Of a stretch of DNA of 64,000 nucleotides, positions 1 to 10,609 are shown in pieces (position 1 is the first letter of the stretch; every line of letters starts with the position of its first letter). A program made the position numbers and the translations under genes. The stretch is from the NCBI GenBank assembly GCA_963664815.2, contig CAXXHB010000003.1, positions 736,001 to 800,000 of the forward strand, in the 5' to 3' direction. The stretch is from Spirochaetota bacterium (GTDB taxonomy: Bacteria; Spirochaetota; UBA4802; UBA5550). Below the pieces are notes generated by a model. The model made no database searches, was not told the origin of the DNA, and was given only the letters and a program-made list of their open reading frames with translations.

Positions 1-2
1 TT

Positions 3-200
3 TCTTCGAATCCCGGCACAGGGAGAAATGATGCAGACCCTATATCAATAACAGAAGAGAGAGTAAAAGATAACAGGGAAGCAGTGAGAGAAGTCACTGC
101 TTCTGCTGAAAAGAATGATATTGACCATAGTGACGGAAAACAATATTTCCCCTCAATTCCCCAAACCAGGGGTGGATTTTGCAGTAACTTCAAGGATTAA
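3..200 (+). CDS. possible 3' end of a gene entering from the left edge
   Basis: Frame 3 is open from the window start to TAA at 198-200 (SSNPGTGRND...NFKD*); no recognisable motif. Confidence 0.3.
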   Translation, partial: SSNPGTGRNDADPISITEERVKDNREAVREVTASAEKNDIDHSDGKQYFPSIPQTRGGFCSNFKD

Positions 201-665
201 CTCCAGCTTAAGCCGAAAAGCCCTGCAATGATTTCAGAAACTTCGCTTGATGTTACAATAATCCATGGCAAGTAACACTACACAATTAAATGTTCCATAA
301 ACCTTTTCATCATGGCTCTCTGGGAAAACATATTAAATGGAAACCATAAAGATCTGATACAAATAAAAATATCAATGATGGCCTCAGATGTTTGATATAA
401 GAATATTTATTATATATATTCTATAACTGTTAAAATATGTTCAGTTATTTATTTTAAAGAAGAGAAGATTAAAGAAATACAGATTAAAAACCGCCCTGAC
501 TCAGGTTTTTTTAACCCTCTTCCGGAATTTACAGCAGTCAGACAGGGAATTCAGAAATTTTTTTAGTTTTTAAACAATTTCTGTGAAAAGCTGCAGGGTT
601 GGTATAAATTAAATTGGATCAAGTATTAACTGATGAATTTATTCTAAAAATAACAGGAGAAAACA

Positions 666-1916
666 ATGAAGAAACTGATTATTCTTTGTCTTGCAGTTGC
701 GGCACTGTCAACATCCGCAATCGCTCAGACACCAGACGCCACGGCGTTGACGTTCAACCCTTATCTTTCAGTAAGAATGTACGCAGGTGAGCATCATCAG
801 AACCTCGCGGAAGGATCGACTTATGCAGACAATGAAGCGGATCTCGCTTACAGGCTCCAGGGAAATACAAGATTCGGGGCAAAGATGGCAGCTGAAGGCA
901 TATCGGGTACAGTGGAGTTCGGGCTTGACGCTAATAACCTCAATACAAGCAACAGCGCTGATGCGTACCTGAGACTCGCTTTCGCCACCTGGTCATTGGG
1001 TGATTTCAAGGTGATGGCCGGGCAGAACTATACTCCATATACATGGGTTAATCCGTACGGTGATGTTGTAGATGACAATGGCATGGGTGGATTTGGCACA
1101 ACCTATGACGGGCGTCAGCCGGAAATAACTTTTTCCTACACGGGGCTCTATCTCTCCTTCATAAAACCGTCAACAACAACTACAGGAATCAAGGGGGGAA
1201 AAGCGACATATACGGCTTCAGGTACTGCGGCCAATACCGAAACTGATACAGTTAATGATACTACTGTATACATGCCCAAGACGGCGGCAGGATTTGATTT
1301 TAAAACAGAGGGTTTTACAGCAGGGCTTGGCGGAGCTGTAAACTGGTTTAAGATTAATGATCCTAAAGCAGGAAGCGACCTGAGCGGCTACCTTGATGGA
1401 AAGAAGATAATTTCATGGATAGGTTACTTTCATACGGAGGCATCAACAGGGATGTTTATAGTAAGGGCAAATGTCGCTTACGGACAGAATGCGGGAAACT
1501 TCGGAATAGTAACAATAACGACACCGAAAACAGGGAACGTTGACTCAATAGCCAACGATACAACACCCTCCGCCGGTTACAAAAGCACCAATTCAACAGC
1601 AAAGGCTGCATGCGCAGTCGACAACGGCAGTAAAATAGAAAACACAAAGCATTTTGAGGGGTATATTTCACCGGCAGTTAAAATCATCCCCGAACTTATG
1701 TTCGCGTGCGGTGTCGGGTATGAGCAGGAAAAAAATAAGACATACGTTAAGACCGACAAGCAGATAATGTATTTTGCCAATGCGAAGGTCTCACTCAATA
1801 AGTATTACTCGATTACACCAGAAGTTTCATACAGGGACTTCATGAAAGGGGCTGATGGCCTGGATCAGGGTACAGAGTGGTATGCAGGCGCTAAATTTCA
1901 GATGGATGTTCAGTAG
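666..1916 (+). CDS. outer-membrane beta-barrel / porin-like protein
   Basis: Signal peptide, CAGGAG RBS, alternating aromatic/Gly beta-strand pattern (LQGNTRFGAK, YLRLAFATW, GQNYTP), C-terminal WYAGAKFQMDV strand. Confidence 0.65.
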   Translation: MKKLIILCLAVAALSTSAIAQTPDATALTFNPYLSVRMYAGEHHQNLAEGSTYADNEADLAYRLQGNTRFGAKMAAEGISGTVEFGLDANNLNTSNSADAYLRLAFATWSLGDFKVMAGQNYTPYTWVNPYGDVVDDNGMGGFGTTYDGRQPEITFSYTGLYLSFIKPSTTTTGIKGGKATYTASGTAANTETDTVNDTTVYMPKTAAGFDFKTEGFTAGLGGAVNWFKINDPKAGSDLSGYLDGKKIISWIGYFHTEASTGMFIVRANVAYGQNAGNFGIVTITTPKTGNVDSIANDTTPSAGYKSTNSTAKAACAVDNGSKIENTKHFEGYISPAVKIIPELMFACGVGYEQEKNKTYVKTDKQIMYFANAKVSLNKYYSITPEVSYRDFMKGADGLDQGTEWYAGAKFQMDVQ

Positions 1917-1934
1917 ATGTAATTAATCCCGATT

Positions 1935-1976
1935 CAGAAAGATGGACGCGATAAAAAAGCGTCACCTTTCTGGTTT
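1935..1976 (+). terminator. putative terminator hairpin
   Basis: CAGAAAG..GACGC / GCGTC..CTTTCTG inverted repeat just after the stop. Confidence 0.45.
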
Positions 1977-2276
1977 AATGGTTTTAATCCGGAAAATAAA
2001 GATTGTGCATGAGTATAATGCTCATCGTGATCAAGGCTTTTTCCTGAAAACAGAAGTCATCTCGGTGATGATCAATGCGGCAGATTTAATAATCACGGGG
2101 GAGTTGTCGTAAATACAATTAAACAGGAAAGCTCCCTGACTTTCGTATTTTTTTACCATTTTTTAAAGATAAAATTTCTTCCCCTCTGAATATTATTACT
2201 ATTAATAATAACCCGGCTGCATTACGCTCCCTTAAACACTAATCATCCGGGTATAAATTCAGAGGGGAATACGTTT

Positions 2277-4211
2277 ATGATAAAGAAAGAATCAATTCTG
2301 AGTAATTCTGTTTTTACAGGCAGCCTCAAGAGAAAACTTTTCATGGCATCGGCATTGCTTGTGGCCGTGCCGTTGATATCTGTTATAATGCTGCTGAGCT
2401 ATACGCTGATGTATCAATCTGAAAAGGATTACGTTAACAGAATCACTGCCGAAATTACGCATGTCAGCGGAATGATAACAGTCTTTTTTGACGGGGTATA
2501 TGGTGATGTTAACTATGTGGGGAACCATCCCCTTATAAAGCGGGCTTTGAACGATAAAACAATCAATAACTATCTCAACAGTAATGCCGAAATTATGAAT
2601 TCCGAGGTAAAACGCAGCCCGCTTGAAAAAGAGATATTCGATCTTGAACTTATGATTACAAAATCGCTGCCGGAATACAACGGTGTGGTCTTCGCGAGTA
2701 AAACAGGGCAGTATGTAACCGACAATCTGAAGGTAAAATTAACAAAGGGATTTGATCCCAGGCCAAGACCAAACTATACTGCGGCCATGGAGGCAAAGGG
2801 TGAACCGACTGTGGCAAAACCCTTTCTTGCTGCCACGGGAGATTATATAGTCTTCGGAGCCAGGGCATTTAACGGAATTGACGGCACACTCTCATACATG
2901 GTATCGATTGCCCTTCAGCTTACCAGCCTTACAGAAAAGATCAGCAAAAGCCGCATTGGTGAATCTGGGTATATAGCCATTACCGACAGGGATGGCACAT
3001 TGATTACGCACCCCAGGAAGGAGTTTCTGGGGAAAAATATCTCTGAACTGAATGTCCCGGCGCTTACAGAGGGTGTAAAATCCGGCGATGCGGTAATCCG
3101 CTACACGCTGGACGGGATTGATAAAACTGCGAGGATTATGACAGTGCCGAAAATAGGGTGGAAAATAATAGGCGTGATAAATAAAAAAGAGATCACTTCA
3201 AGCGCGCGCGGAATTACATTGAAAATCATGATCATCGGGATAATATTTATCATAGCCGCAATCCTGCTCGCATGGTTCCTCTCAAAGAAAATCTCTGATC
3301 CTATAATAAGCGTTGTTGATGTACTCCGGGAGACCTCAGGAGGGGATTTTACAGTGAGCATTGACAGCAGATATGAGAAGAGCAATGACGAGATAGGATC
3401 GCTATCCCGGAGCTTTAATCAGTTTATTAAGACTATGAGCGAAACAATAGGGGAGATTATCTTCTCCACAGAAACCCTTGTGAAAACAATAGATGAAATC
3501 GCAAAGGGAAATGAAAATCTGTCACAGAGAACATCGGAGCAAGCATCATCAATAGAAGAGATAGCCGCCACTGTCGAGGAGGCAAACTCCGCCACCAGGC
3601 AGAGCGCCGACAGCGCTGCCGAAGCGAGCCGTTTTGTGAACACATCCGCGAAGATGGCAAATGAAGGGGGTGAGATAGTGGAACAGGCGGTTATTTCAAT
3701 TGAGGAGATAAACAGTTCCAGCCGGAAAATTTCGGAGATTATTACGATGATAAATGAGATCTCATTCCAGACAAACCTTCTTGCTCTCAACGCCGCTGTT
3801 GAAGCCGCCAGGGCGGGGGAGCAGGGACGCGGCTTTGCCGTAGTTGCCGGAGAGGTGCGCAACCTGGCTCAGAGATCGGCAGGAGCAGCAAAGGAGATTG
3901 AGAAGCTGATCCAGGACTCAACCGGAAAAATAAACGAAGGGACCGACCTCGTTAAAAAAAGCGGCGAATCACTCAGGGAGATAATCGGTTCCGTCAAGAA
4001 GGTGAGAGACATAGTCTCAGAAATAGCGGCTTCCAGCGAAGAGCAGAAAAACGGGATAGACCAGATTAATGCGGCCATTAATAACATGGACAGCATGACT
4101 CAGCAGAATGCGGCACTTGTAGAGGAGACAGCCTCTGCAAGCGAGCAGATGGCAGGCCAGGCATCTGATCTGCTCCGGAGAGTGAAGCAGTTTAAAATTA
4201 AAGATAATTAA
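2277..4211 (+). CDS. methyl-accepting chemotaxis protein (dCache-HAMP-MA)
   Basis: Two TM segments, Cache motif [17 protein letters not shown], signalling tip [36 protein letters not shown]. Confidence 0.95.
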   Translation: MIKKESILSNSVFTGSLKRKLFMASALLVAVPLISVIMLLSYTLMYQSEKDYVNRITAEITHVSGMITVFFDGVYGDVNYVGNHPLIKRALNDKTINNYLNSNAEIMNSEVKRSPLEKEIFDLELMITKSLPEYNGVVFASKTGQYVTDNLKVKLTKGFDPRPRPNYTAAMEAKGEPTVAKPFLAATGDYIVFGARAFNGIDGTLSYMVSIALQLTSLTEKISKSRIGESGYIAITDRDGTLITHPRKEFLGKNISELNVPALTEGVKSGDAVIRYTLDGIDKTARIMTVPKIGWKIIGVINKKEITSSARGITLKIMIIGIIFIIAAILLAWFLSKKISDPIISVVDVLRETSGGDFTVSIDSRYEKSNDEIGSLSRSFNQFIKTMSETIGEIIFSTETLVKTIDEIAKGNENLSQRTSEQASSIEEIAATVEEANSATRQSADSAAEASRFVNTSAKMANEGGEIVEQAVISIEEINSSSRKISEIITMINEISFQTNLLALNAAVEAARAGEQGRGFAVVAGEVRNLAQRSAGAAKEIEKLIQDSTGKINEGTDLVKKSGESLREIIGSVKKVRDIVSEIAASSEEQKNGIDQINAAINNMDSMTQQNAALVEETASASEQMAGQASDLLRRVKQFKIKDN

Positions 4212-4322
4212 TGCTCTTTCCTGTAAAATTAGTGAAAAGAAAAAATTTATTCAGGCTTGATATATCCTTCAGGAATTGTTATTTTTATCCATCTGAAAAT
4301 ACCATTGCAGAGGCGGTTTCTT

Positions 4323-5870
4323 GTGCCTGAAAAAAGATCAAAACTGATTCTTATCCGGACAATTGCAGGATTGTTTGTATTGTTCTCGGGAATTTCAATG
4401 ATTATGAATTATCATTATATAATGAAAAGCGTAGCTGACGGATTGAATAAAGACAGTATTTCGGCAAACCTCCTTGGAAAGCTTTTAAGGGAACATGAAA
4501 GGGCATCAATAAATATCCTGAACTCATATGCCTCCAGGCCTCTTTTTATAGAAGCGGTAATGAAAAGGGACCTTCCGGGCGTAAGGTATCACATGAATGA
4601 TTTAAACCATAACAACGGTGAAATGGATCTCTCTTTCCTGACAGATGATAAAGGAAGGCTATGGGCAAATTACCCCGATTTTCCCGAAGCACTGGGGAGA
4701 GATCTCTCCGACCGTGACTGGTATAAAGGTGTAAGCAGATCCTGGAAACCTTATATCTCCAAAGTTTTTCAGCTTATAGTGAAGGATAGACCGCTTGCAG
4801 TTGCGCTCACTGTGCCGGTAAAAGACTGGGGAGGAAAGGTTATAGGTATTCTTGGGAACTCGCAGAGGCTGAGTTTCCTGGCGAGCATGCTCTCGGCTAT
4901 AAAGTCAAACCCTGCTGCATCATTCAGCGTAATAGACAGCGACGGGAATATACTCTACAGTAACATGTATTTATATATGGAAAAAATTACAGAGTATCCA
5001 TTCTATCCGGCTGTCCTGAAGGCTGCTGAGGATAAGAGATCACAGGTCGTTGTTCATTCTGTAAAGAAACTGACAGACAACAGGTACCTGACCATACAGC
5101 CTGTTGAAAATATTAACTGGACTATTGTAATAGAAAGATTATTCTCTGACAGCCTCATTACAGAATTCTATAATCTGATTCAGATAAATGTCATTCTGTT
5201 CCTTATTTTTCTGGTTATAACTGTATTCGTTATATATCAGAATTATCTGTATGAGAAAAATAAAATTCTGTATGAAAAGGAGATTATTCTGAAAGAGGTT
5301 CATCACAGGGTAAAAAACAACATGAATACAATTCTTGCTTTGCTTACGCTCCAGGCTGAAGCTCAGGAGGACACGGCTGTGAGCGGAGTACTGAATAATG
5401 CGGCCGGCAGCGTGCAGTGTATGATGCTGCTGTATGACAAGCTGTATCGTTCAGAAAACAGCGGCGTGATATCGCTAATGGAGTTTCTCCCTCAGCTGAC
5501 AGGTGAGATAGTAAGATTGTTCCCGGGGGCTGAATCGGTAAAGATTACAACTCAGATTGATGATATAATCCTTGGTGCTGAACTGGTATCAACACTTGGG
5601 ATTGTTATTAATGAACTTGTGACTAATGCAATGAAATATGCATATCCCGGGCGTAATGACATGACCATAACATTGACTGCTTCAAAAAGCGGCGGGCGTG
5701 TCAGAATTGTTTTTCAGGATGATGGTCCGGGTCTTCCGGAAGAAATTACATTTGAAAACTCATCAGGTTTCGGGATGCAGCTTGTTCATATGCTTGTACA
5801 ACAGATTAATGGATCAATTGCTGTTGAAAGAAACAATGGCACAAGGTTCATTATAGAATTTGAAGCATAG
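4323..5870 (+). CDS. sensor histidine kinase (dCache + HisKA_2/HATPase)
   Basis: EVHHRVKNN H-box, NELVTNAMKYA N-box, DDGPG, GFG; DLSDRDWY Cache motif; GTG start at 4323 after AGAGGCGG chosen over 4257. Confidence 0.9.
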   Translation: MPEKRSKLILIRTIAGLFVLFSGISMIMNYHYIMKSVADGLNKDSISANLLGKLLREHERASINILNSYASRPLFIEAVMKRDLPGVRYHMNDLNHNNGEMDLSFLTDDKGRLWANYPDFPEALGRDLSDRDWYKGVSRSWKPYISKVFQLIVKDRPLAVALTVPVKDWGGKVIGILGNSQRLSFLASMLSAIKSNPAASFSVIDSDGNILYSNMYLYMEKITEYPFYPAVLKAAEDKRSQVVVHSVKKLTDNRYLTIQPVENINWTIVIERLFSDSLITEFYNLIQINVILFLIFLVITVFVIYQNYLYEKNKILYEKEIILKEVHHRVKNNMNTILALLTLQAEAQEDTAVSGVLNNAAGSVQCMMLLYDKLYRSENSGVISLMEFLPQLTGEIVRLFPGAESVKITTQIDDIILGAELVSTLGIVINELVTNAMKYAYPGRNDMTITLTASKSGGRVRIVFQDDGPGLPEEITFENSSGFGMQLVHMLVQQINGSIAVERNNGTRFIIEFEA

Positions 5871-5921
5871 ATTGTTGCCGGTAATGTATAAGAGAATTAT
5901 CGGCAACAATCTATGCTTCAA
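5860..5921. terminator. long perfect inverted repeat between convergent genes (bidirectional terminator candidate)
   Basis: TTGAAGCATAGATTGTTGCCG ... CGGCAACAATCTATGCTTCAA, 21-bp perfect arms. Confidence 0.7.
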
Positions 5922-5967
5922 TAATTAAAGAGCATATTGATAAACTGAATTTCCCGGATTAAAAAAG

Positions 5968-8007
5968 TCAGTCCTGTTCTTTATTGTTAAGTTTAAAAAT
6001 GTTGACTGTTTCCAGAAGACAGGAGGCGCTTTTCCTGTTATCATTTATCAATTCGGCCACTTTATTAACCTGATCCACAATTTTTACCAGATGTTCATTG
6101 ATGTATCCGGCTTCCATCGCACTGCTGCCGCTGGATTGGGCAATCTGATCAACTGACTGCACCACATGCGCGATCATTTTCTTTAGAGCTTCACTTCCCA
6201 GATTAAATTCATTCATAAGACTGGCGATGCTTTCCGCGTCGGCATTATACTGTTCTCCGGTCTCTACGAAATTCCTGTAATCCTGTGCTATATTCGTGTC
6301 AATAAAGTTTACCAGCTCACTTGAGCTTTCTACCAGATACTGAACTGATTCATATACCTGGCTGGTAATGGTCTGAATATCACTGGCGGTAACTGAAGAC
6401 TGCTCTGCCAGTTTTCTGACTTCTTCTGCAACGACGGCAAAACCAAGTCCAGCTTCACCGGCTCTTGCAGCTTCAATAGCTGCATTTAAGGCCAGCAGGT
6501 TGCTCTGTTCTGCAATACCGAGTATTTCACCTGTAAGCATATTTATTCTGTGGACAACCTGGGCCTCATCTACTGCTTTTGTCAGTTTATTACGGGTTTT
6601 TTCCAGCAGAGAGGCTGTATTGGCATTGGATTCAGTTGCTGTAGCCTTTAATTTAACCGCTCTTTGAAGCATCTCCCTGGCCTGAATAGCGCCGGATGCC
6701 GCATTATCACTGGATTTTTCCAGCATTCCGGAAATATCCCTGGAGGCTGCATTGAGCTCTTCGGTAGACGCGGCTGTCTCTTCCATGCCGGCTGATATCT
6801 GCTCTATCTTTAGCGATATCTCCTGCACGGAAACCTGAAGTTGTTCAAAACTGCTGCGTGCCTTGTCAGCGCTTTCCTCAACACTCTTACTTTCAGTCAA
6901 TACACCCTGTACAATACCCTGAAGGTTTGTTACCATGCCGGCTGAATTCCTGCTTAATTGACCTATCTCATCATTGGTGCTGAGGCTTTTTATATCAACC
7001 GCAAGATTACCTTTTGCTATTTCCATGGTAACCCGGCTTAAGTCTTTTAATGGCTCGGAAATCTTCTTCCCGAAAAATAAGGCCAGGGCCGGCACGATCA
7101 ATATAGCTGCAAGGATTGTAATGTAAACATACCATGATGTGGTTTTAACCGGTTTCATGTACAGATCAACTGTCGTGGCGCACCATATATACCAGCCCTG
7201 CCCTGAGTCTGCATTAAAGGTATATGGATTAAATGCCATCAGTTTGGGCACACCATTCAGGGTATAGAAAGCATGATCAGCCTTATTCAGCTTCATTCGT
7301 CCAAAAATTTTTTCCAGGCCATTGGTCTGTGTTTTATAGTCATAAGTAAGAATGTAACTCTTGTTGTCATGCGATATTACAAAACCGTCATTGGAAATAA
7401 TGCCGAAGATAAGTTCCTGGTGATACGGATCATGGCTGATGGTGGCACTTGTTAAAATTTCATAATCAATTGCGATAAGCACTCCTCCGATGATTCGTCC
7501 CTGATTATTATGTACAGGTGTGGAAAGAACAGTGACAGCTTTGCCGTTGGAAACTGTGCGGAATACCGGGCTGAGTATCTGCTTATCTGATCTGATCATC
7601 TGAGTAAAATAAGGTGTTTGAGTGAAATTTGAAAATGGAATAGTCTGTGCGCTGTCATAGACTACTGTACCATTCGCCCTGACCAGCAGAGAATCGGTCA
7701 ACAATCCTTTGCCATGATCAATAAGGTATTTAAGATTACTTTCCAGGATGGAATTTCTGCCCCCCCCCTCCAGGGATGAGATTATAACAGGCTGTCTGGA
7801 TGTAGTCTGCATCAACATTTGTAAAGTATTGATTTTCTCGCTCAATAAGATCGTGCGGTCATTGGCCAGACTGGCCATAGTATCAACCTGTTCGCTGTTT
7901 ATAGTATTAGAAAAACGATTAATGCTAAGAAAGCCGATAAATCCAACCGGCACCAGGGCCAACAGTATAGAAAATATTACAATTTTTATAAATAATTTGT
8001 TTAACAT
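5968..8007 (-). CDS. methyl-accepting chemotaxis protein (dCache-HAMP-MA)
   Basis: Two TMs, [44 protein letters not shown]. Confidence 0.95.
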   Translation of the reverse strand: MLNKLFIKIVIFSILLALVPVGFIGFLSINRFSNTINSEQVDTMASLANDRTILLSEKINTLQMLMQTTSRQPVIISSLEGGGRNSILESNLKYLIDHGKGLLTDSLLVRANGTVVYDSAQTIPFSNFTQTPYFTQMIRSDKQILSPVFRTVSNGKAVTVLSTPVHNNQGRIIGGVLIAIDYEILTSATISHDPYHQELIFGIISNDGFVISHDNKSYILTYDYKTQTNGLEKIFGRMKLNKADHAFYTLNGVPKLMAFNPYTFNADSGQGWYIWCATTVDLYMKPVKTTSWYVYITILAAILIVPALALFFGKKISEPLKDLSRVTMEIAKGNLAVDIKSLSTNDEIGQLSRNSAGMVTNLQGIVQGVLTESKSVEESADKARSSFEQLQVSVQEISLKIEQISAGMEETAASTEELNAASRDISGMLEKSSDNAASGAIQAREMLQRAVKLKATATESNANTASLLEKTRNKLTKAVDEAQVVHRINMLTGEILGIAEQSNLLALNAAIEAARAGEAGLGFAVVAEEVRKLAEQSSVTASDIQTITSQVYESVQYLVESSSELVNFIDTNIAQDYRNFVETGEQYNADAESIASLMNEFNLGSEALKKMIAHVVQSVDQIAQSSGSSAMEAGYINEHLVKIVDQVNKVAELINDNRKSASCLLETVNIFKLNNKEQD

Positions 8008-8894
8008 TTATTCCTCTTTTTCTGTAATGCTGCTATGTTATTTACTGAATATTTTTTATTGGCTGATTGAGGTGTGAAAAAATATTCACGATACAAACCA
8101 ATCTGTTTAAATACCAGGCTATTGTTAGCCTCCGTCATATATTTTATTAAGGTGGATTAAGATTTTGCTGCTGATATTTCCTGCAGTTTTATAGATTTTA
8201 TGACATCCAAAAACAACAAAGAACTCTCATGATATTATAATGCAGAAATTGTACCATGCTGTATCCTTATTTTAAAAAATCATTTCTTCTGTGAATTTAC
8301 GTAAAACCGAACAAGAGAGGGATTTACCAATGTAGTTAAACTAATATACTAACAAAAAAATGTACAAAATTAAAGTTGTTCCCAAAAATATTCTTTCTGA
8401 AAAGTATAGATAATTTGTGATAAAAAAGAATTTAAATATATAAGTAATAACTGTCCAATTATCTGACACAATAAACAGGAAATACGTCAGATTTTTGACG
8501 TCTTAATTGTGACGGCTGTTCATTGGAGCGTGTTTATTAAACAAAGAGTTTAATGGTAATTTGATATACAGAAGAAGCATATATTTAAAAAGCAGATTTG
8601 TCTTTATCGGAAAATCACTTATTTATAATGAAGATAATGAGGTGGGTACAATCTGATGGACTTCGGATAAGCTTTTTGCTGATGAGTTCAGAAAATGCCA
8701 AAATTATGCAGCGATTACATGATTAAATGATTGGCGGGATTACCTGCGAATACTTTTCCAGTACACGGATATGCTCCGGGTTGAACATCAACTGAATCTG
8801 ATGCAATATCAGGACAGATTTATGACAAATATCACAATTTGTTTACAGAGTACTCAATTTCGCTTCAATTACGCCTCAAACACCTTACTGACAG

Positions 8895-9434
8895 TTATAA
8901 ACGCGCGTTTTTCTCTGTCTGTAACGATGTTGAAACGGTATTGAAACGGTTTTTAACAGGGTCTTCATACTGCTTAAATACCGTTTCAACAGATGTACTT
9001 TTATTTTCTACCGTATAAATATTACTCTGTCTATTTGCTGATCTGCTGTTTTCAGAAGAACCGCAGGTATAATCTGCAATATCACCGGAAGCGGATACAG
9101 CCGCTATATCCACTGTTACGCCGCTGCCCGATGATGTCACGGGTGAACCGGGTACAATACCACGAAGGTATTCAGACATAAACAGGTTATACCCTGACTT
9201 TTTCTTCCTCTTCGCTCTCAACCGGTACATATTTTTCTCCTCTTCGGGGAGTACCTGCCATGCCTTTACGCTGCCGCTGAAATTACCCCTGCATTTTACC
9301 TGCGGCTCTGTGCGCGGATTCGCTGGTATTGTACGTCTTTTGATGTAGGTTTTTCCGTAGCGCCTGTAAAGCACAAGGCCTTCCAGACCTCCATGTGCTG
9401 TTCTGAGAAAGGGATGAAGCTTTGTTCCTGCCAT
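8895..9434 (-). CDS. basic hypothetical protein, probable nucleic-acid binding
   Basis: AGGAG RBS; K/R-rich N-half with NPRTxxQ, WxxLxEEEKxxY and SGYNLFM motifs; low-complexity Ser-rich tail. Confidence 0.65.
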   Translation of the reverse strand: MAGTKLHPFLRTAHGGLEGLVLYRRYGKTYIKRRTIPANPRTEPQVKCRGNFSGSVKAWQVLPEEEKNMYRLRAKRKKKSGYNLFMSEYLRGIVPGSPVTSSGSGVTVDIAAVSASGDIADYTCGSSENSRSANRQSNIYTVENKSTSVETVFKQYEDPVKNRFNTVSTSLQTEKNARL

Positions 9435-9623
9435 ACATTTATCTCCTTATTTATCAATTTTTAATCGCTATATTGAGACTTATGCCCTTTATTAACAGTC
9501 CGGAAAAACAAATGACATGGGGCAAGCAAATTTTTAAAAAATTAAAGATTAATACTTTTCTGAATATCAGTGTAATAATATCCCAACGCAGCTGCACTTG
9601 TACGATTATGCGGACAAATGTCT

Positions 9624-9659
9624 GAACACGATTACAGGATTAAGGGATGACCGGGATTA
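9624..9659 (+). repeat. dispersed 36-bp GATTA-rich repeat, copy 1
   Basis: GAACACGATTACAGGATTAAGGGATGACCGGGATTA; 32/36 identical to 32005-32040. Confidence 0.75.
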
Positions 9660-9853
9660 AAAAACAAAGAGAAGAAACCGCTGATAACTTTTTTTTTCCC
9701 GATGTTTTGACTGTCTATATTTGCGCAGGATTTCATATATAAAAACGCCCTGTATAATGTATCAGAAACACTGGTGAACATGGAAAATCGGATTGACATT
9801 TAATTAATACATACTGATATATTATCAAAAAATTTATTAATCGCGACATTATT

Positions 9854-10306
9854 ATGAAAAAAAATGAAGAAGTCAGCGCCGAGCAGTTTTTAAGAATTAT
9901 CAATAAGCTGATTTTTAACAGTAAAAACAATGTTCTTGTTAGTGGTGATAATCTCAAACTTTTTCCTTCAGAAATCCATCTGATTCTTGTTATCACTGAT
10001 GGTAAATCAGAAAATTACAGCAAAATTGTTCAACAGCTGGGAGTAACAAAAGGTGCGGTGTCACAGACCATTTCGCGTCTTGTTAAAAAAGGAATTTTAG
10101 AGAAGAGAAAAAAACCTGATAGTAATGATCTGACAATCCTGTTGACTGATAACGGCAAAAAGGTATTTAAGCAATGTAAAAAATTCCAGGAAGGTATTTA
10201 TAAACAATTATCATCCTACATGACTTCCCTTACTGAAAAGGATCGTGGTGTTATCGGAGAATTTTTAAATTATATAGAGGCTGAATTAAACTCCGTTAAA
10301 CCCTGA
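9854..10306 (+). CDS. MarR-family transcriptional regulator
   Basis: LFPSEIHLI ... LGVTKGAVSQTISRLVKKGILEK ... LTDNGK winged HTH. Confidence 0.9.
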   Translation: MKKNEEVSAEQFLRIINKLIFNSKNNVLVSGDNLKLFPSEIHLILVITDGKSENYSKIVQQLGVTKGAVSQTISRLVKKGILEKRKKPDSNDLTILLTDNGKKVFKQCKKFQEGIYKQLSSYMTSLTEKDRGVIGEFLNYIEAELNSVKP

Positions 10307-10444
10307 TTCAAAATACTGTATACTTTCTTTCCATAAAACTTCGCTGCTGTATTGATTCATCAAAGACTATCCGGGCAGATACCTTAAAAGGTCATTTTAG
10401 ATCTGTATTTATTCCCTGACATTCAGATTTTGAAAAAAGCTCTG

Positions 10445-10475
10445 ATACCCCCGCCGCCGAAGGCGGCGGGGGTAT
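10445..10475. repeat. GC-rich perfect hairpin (REP-like/terminator)
   Basis: ATACCCCCGCCGCC-GAA-GGCGGCGGGGGTAT, 14-bp perfect stem. Confidence 0.7.
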
Positions 10476-10530
10476 ATAATATTCCTTTTGACGATAGAAT
10501 ATATGTTCAGGAATTATTACTGATTTTAGA

Positions 10531-10590
10531 TTGACATTTTATTGTTTAGATGCTAAATGGATTTTATTGTTTAGTATCTAAACAATAAAA
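10531..10590 (+). promoter_or_regulatory. sigma70-type promoter with tandem palindromic operator
   Basis: TTGACA 10531-36; perfect TTTTATTGTTTAG-tat-CTAAACAATAAAA at 10562-90; partial copy at 10537-57; GAGGAG RBS at 10599. Confidence 0.8.
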
Positions 10591-10609
10591 TATAAAACGA
10601 GGAGATATT

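Noticed and set aside
8100-8890. Long intergenic region possibly hiding a gene or RNA
   Set aside because: The frames I read are interrupted by stops and show no recognisable protein or riboswitch motif
9624-9659. 36-bp repeat as a CRISPR repeat
   Set aside because: The two copies are 22 kb apart, with no spacer array and no cas genes
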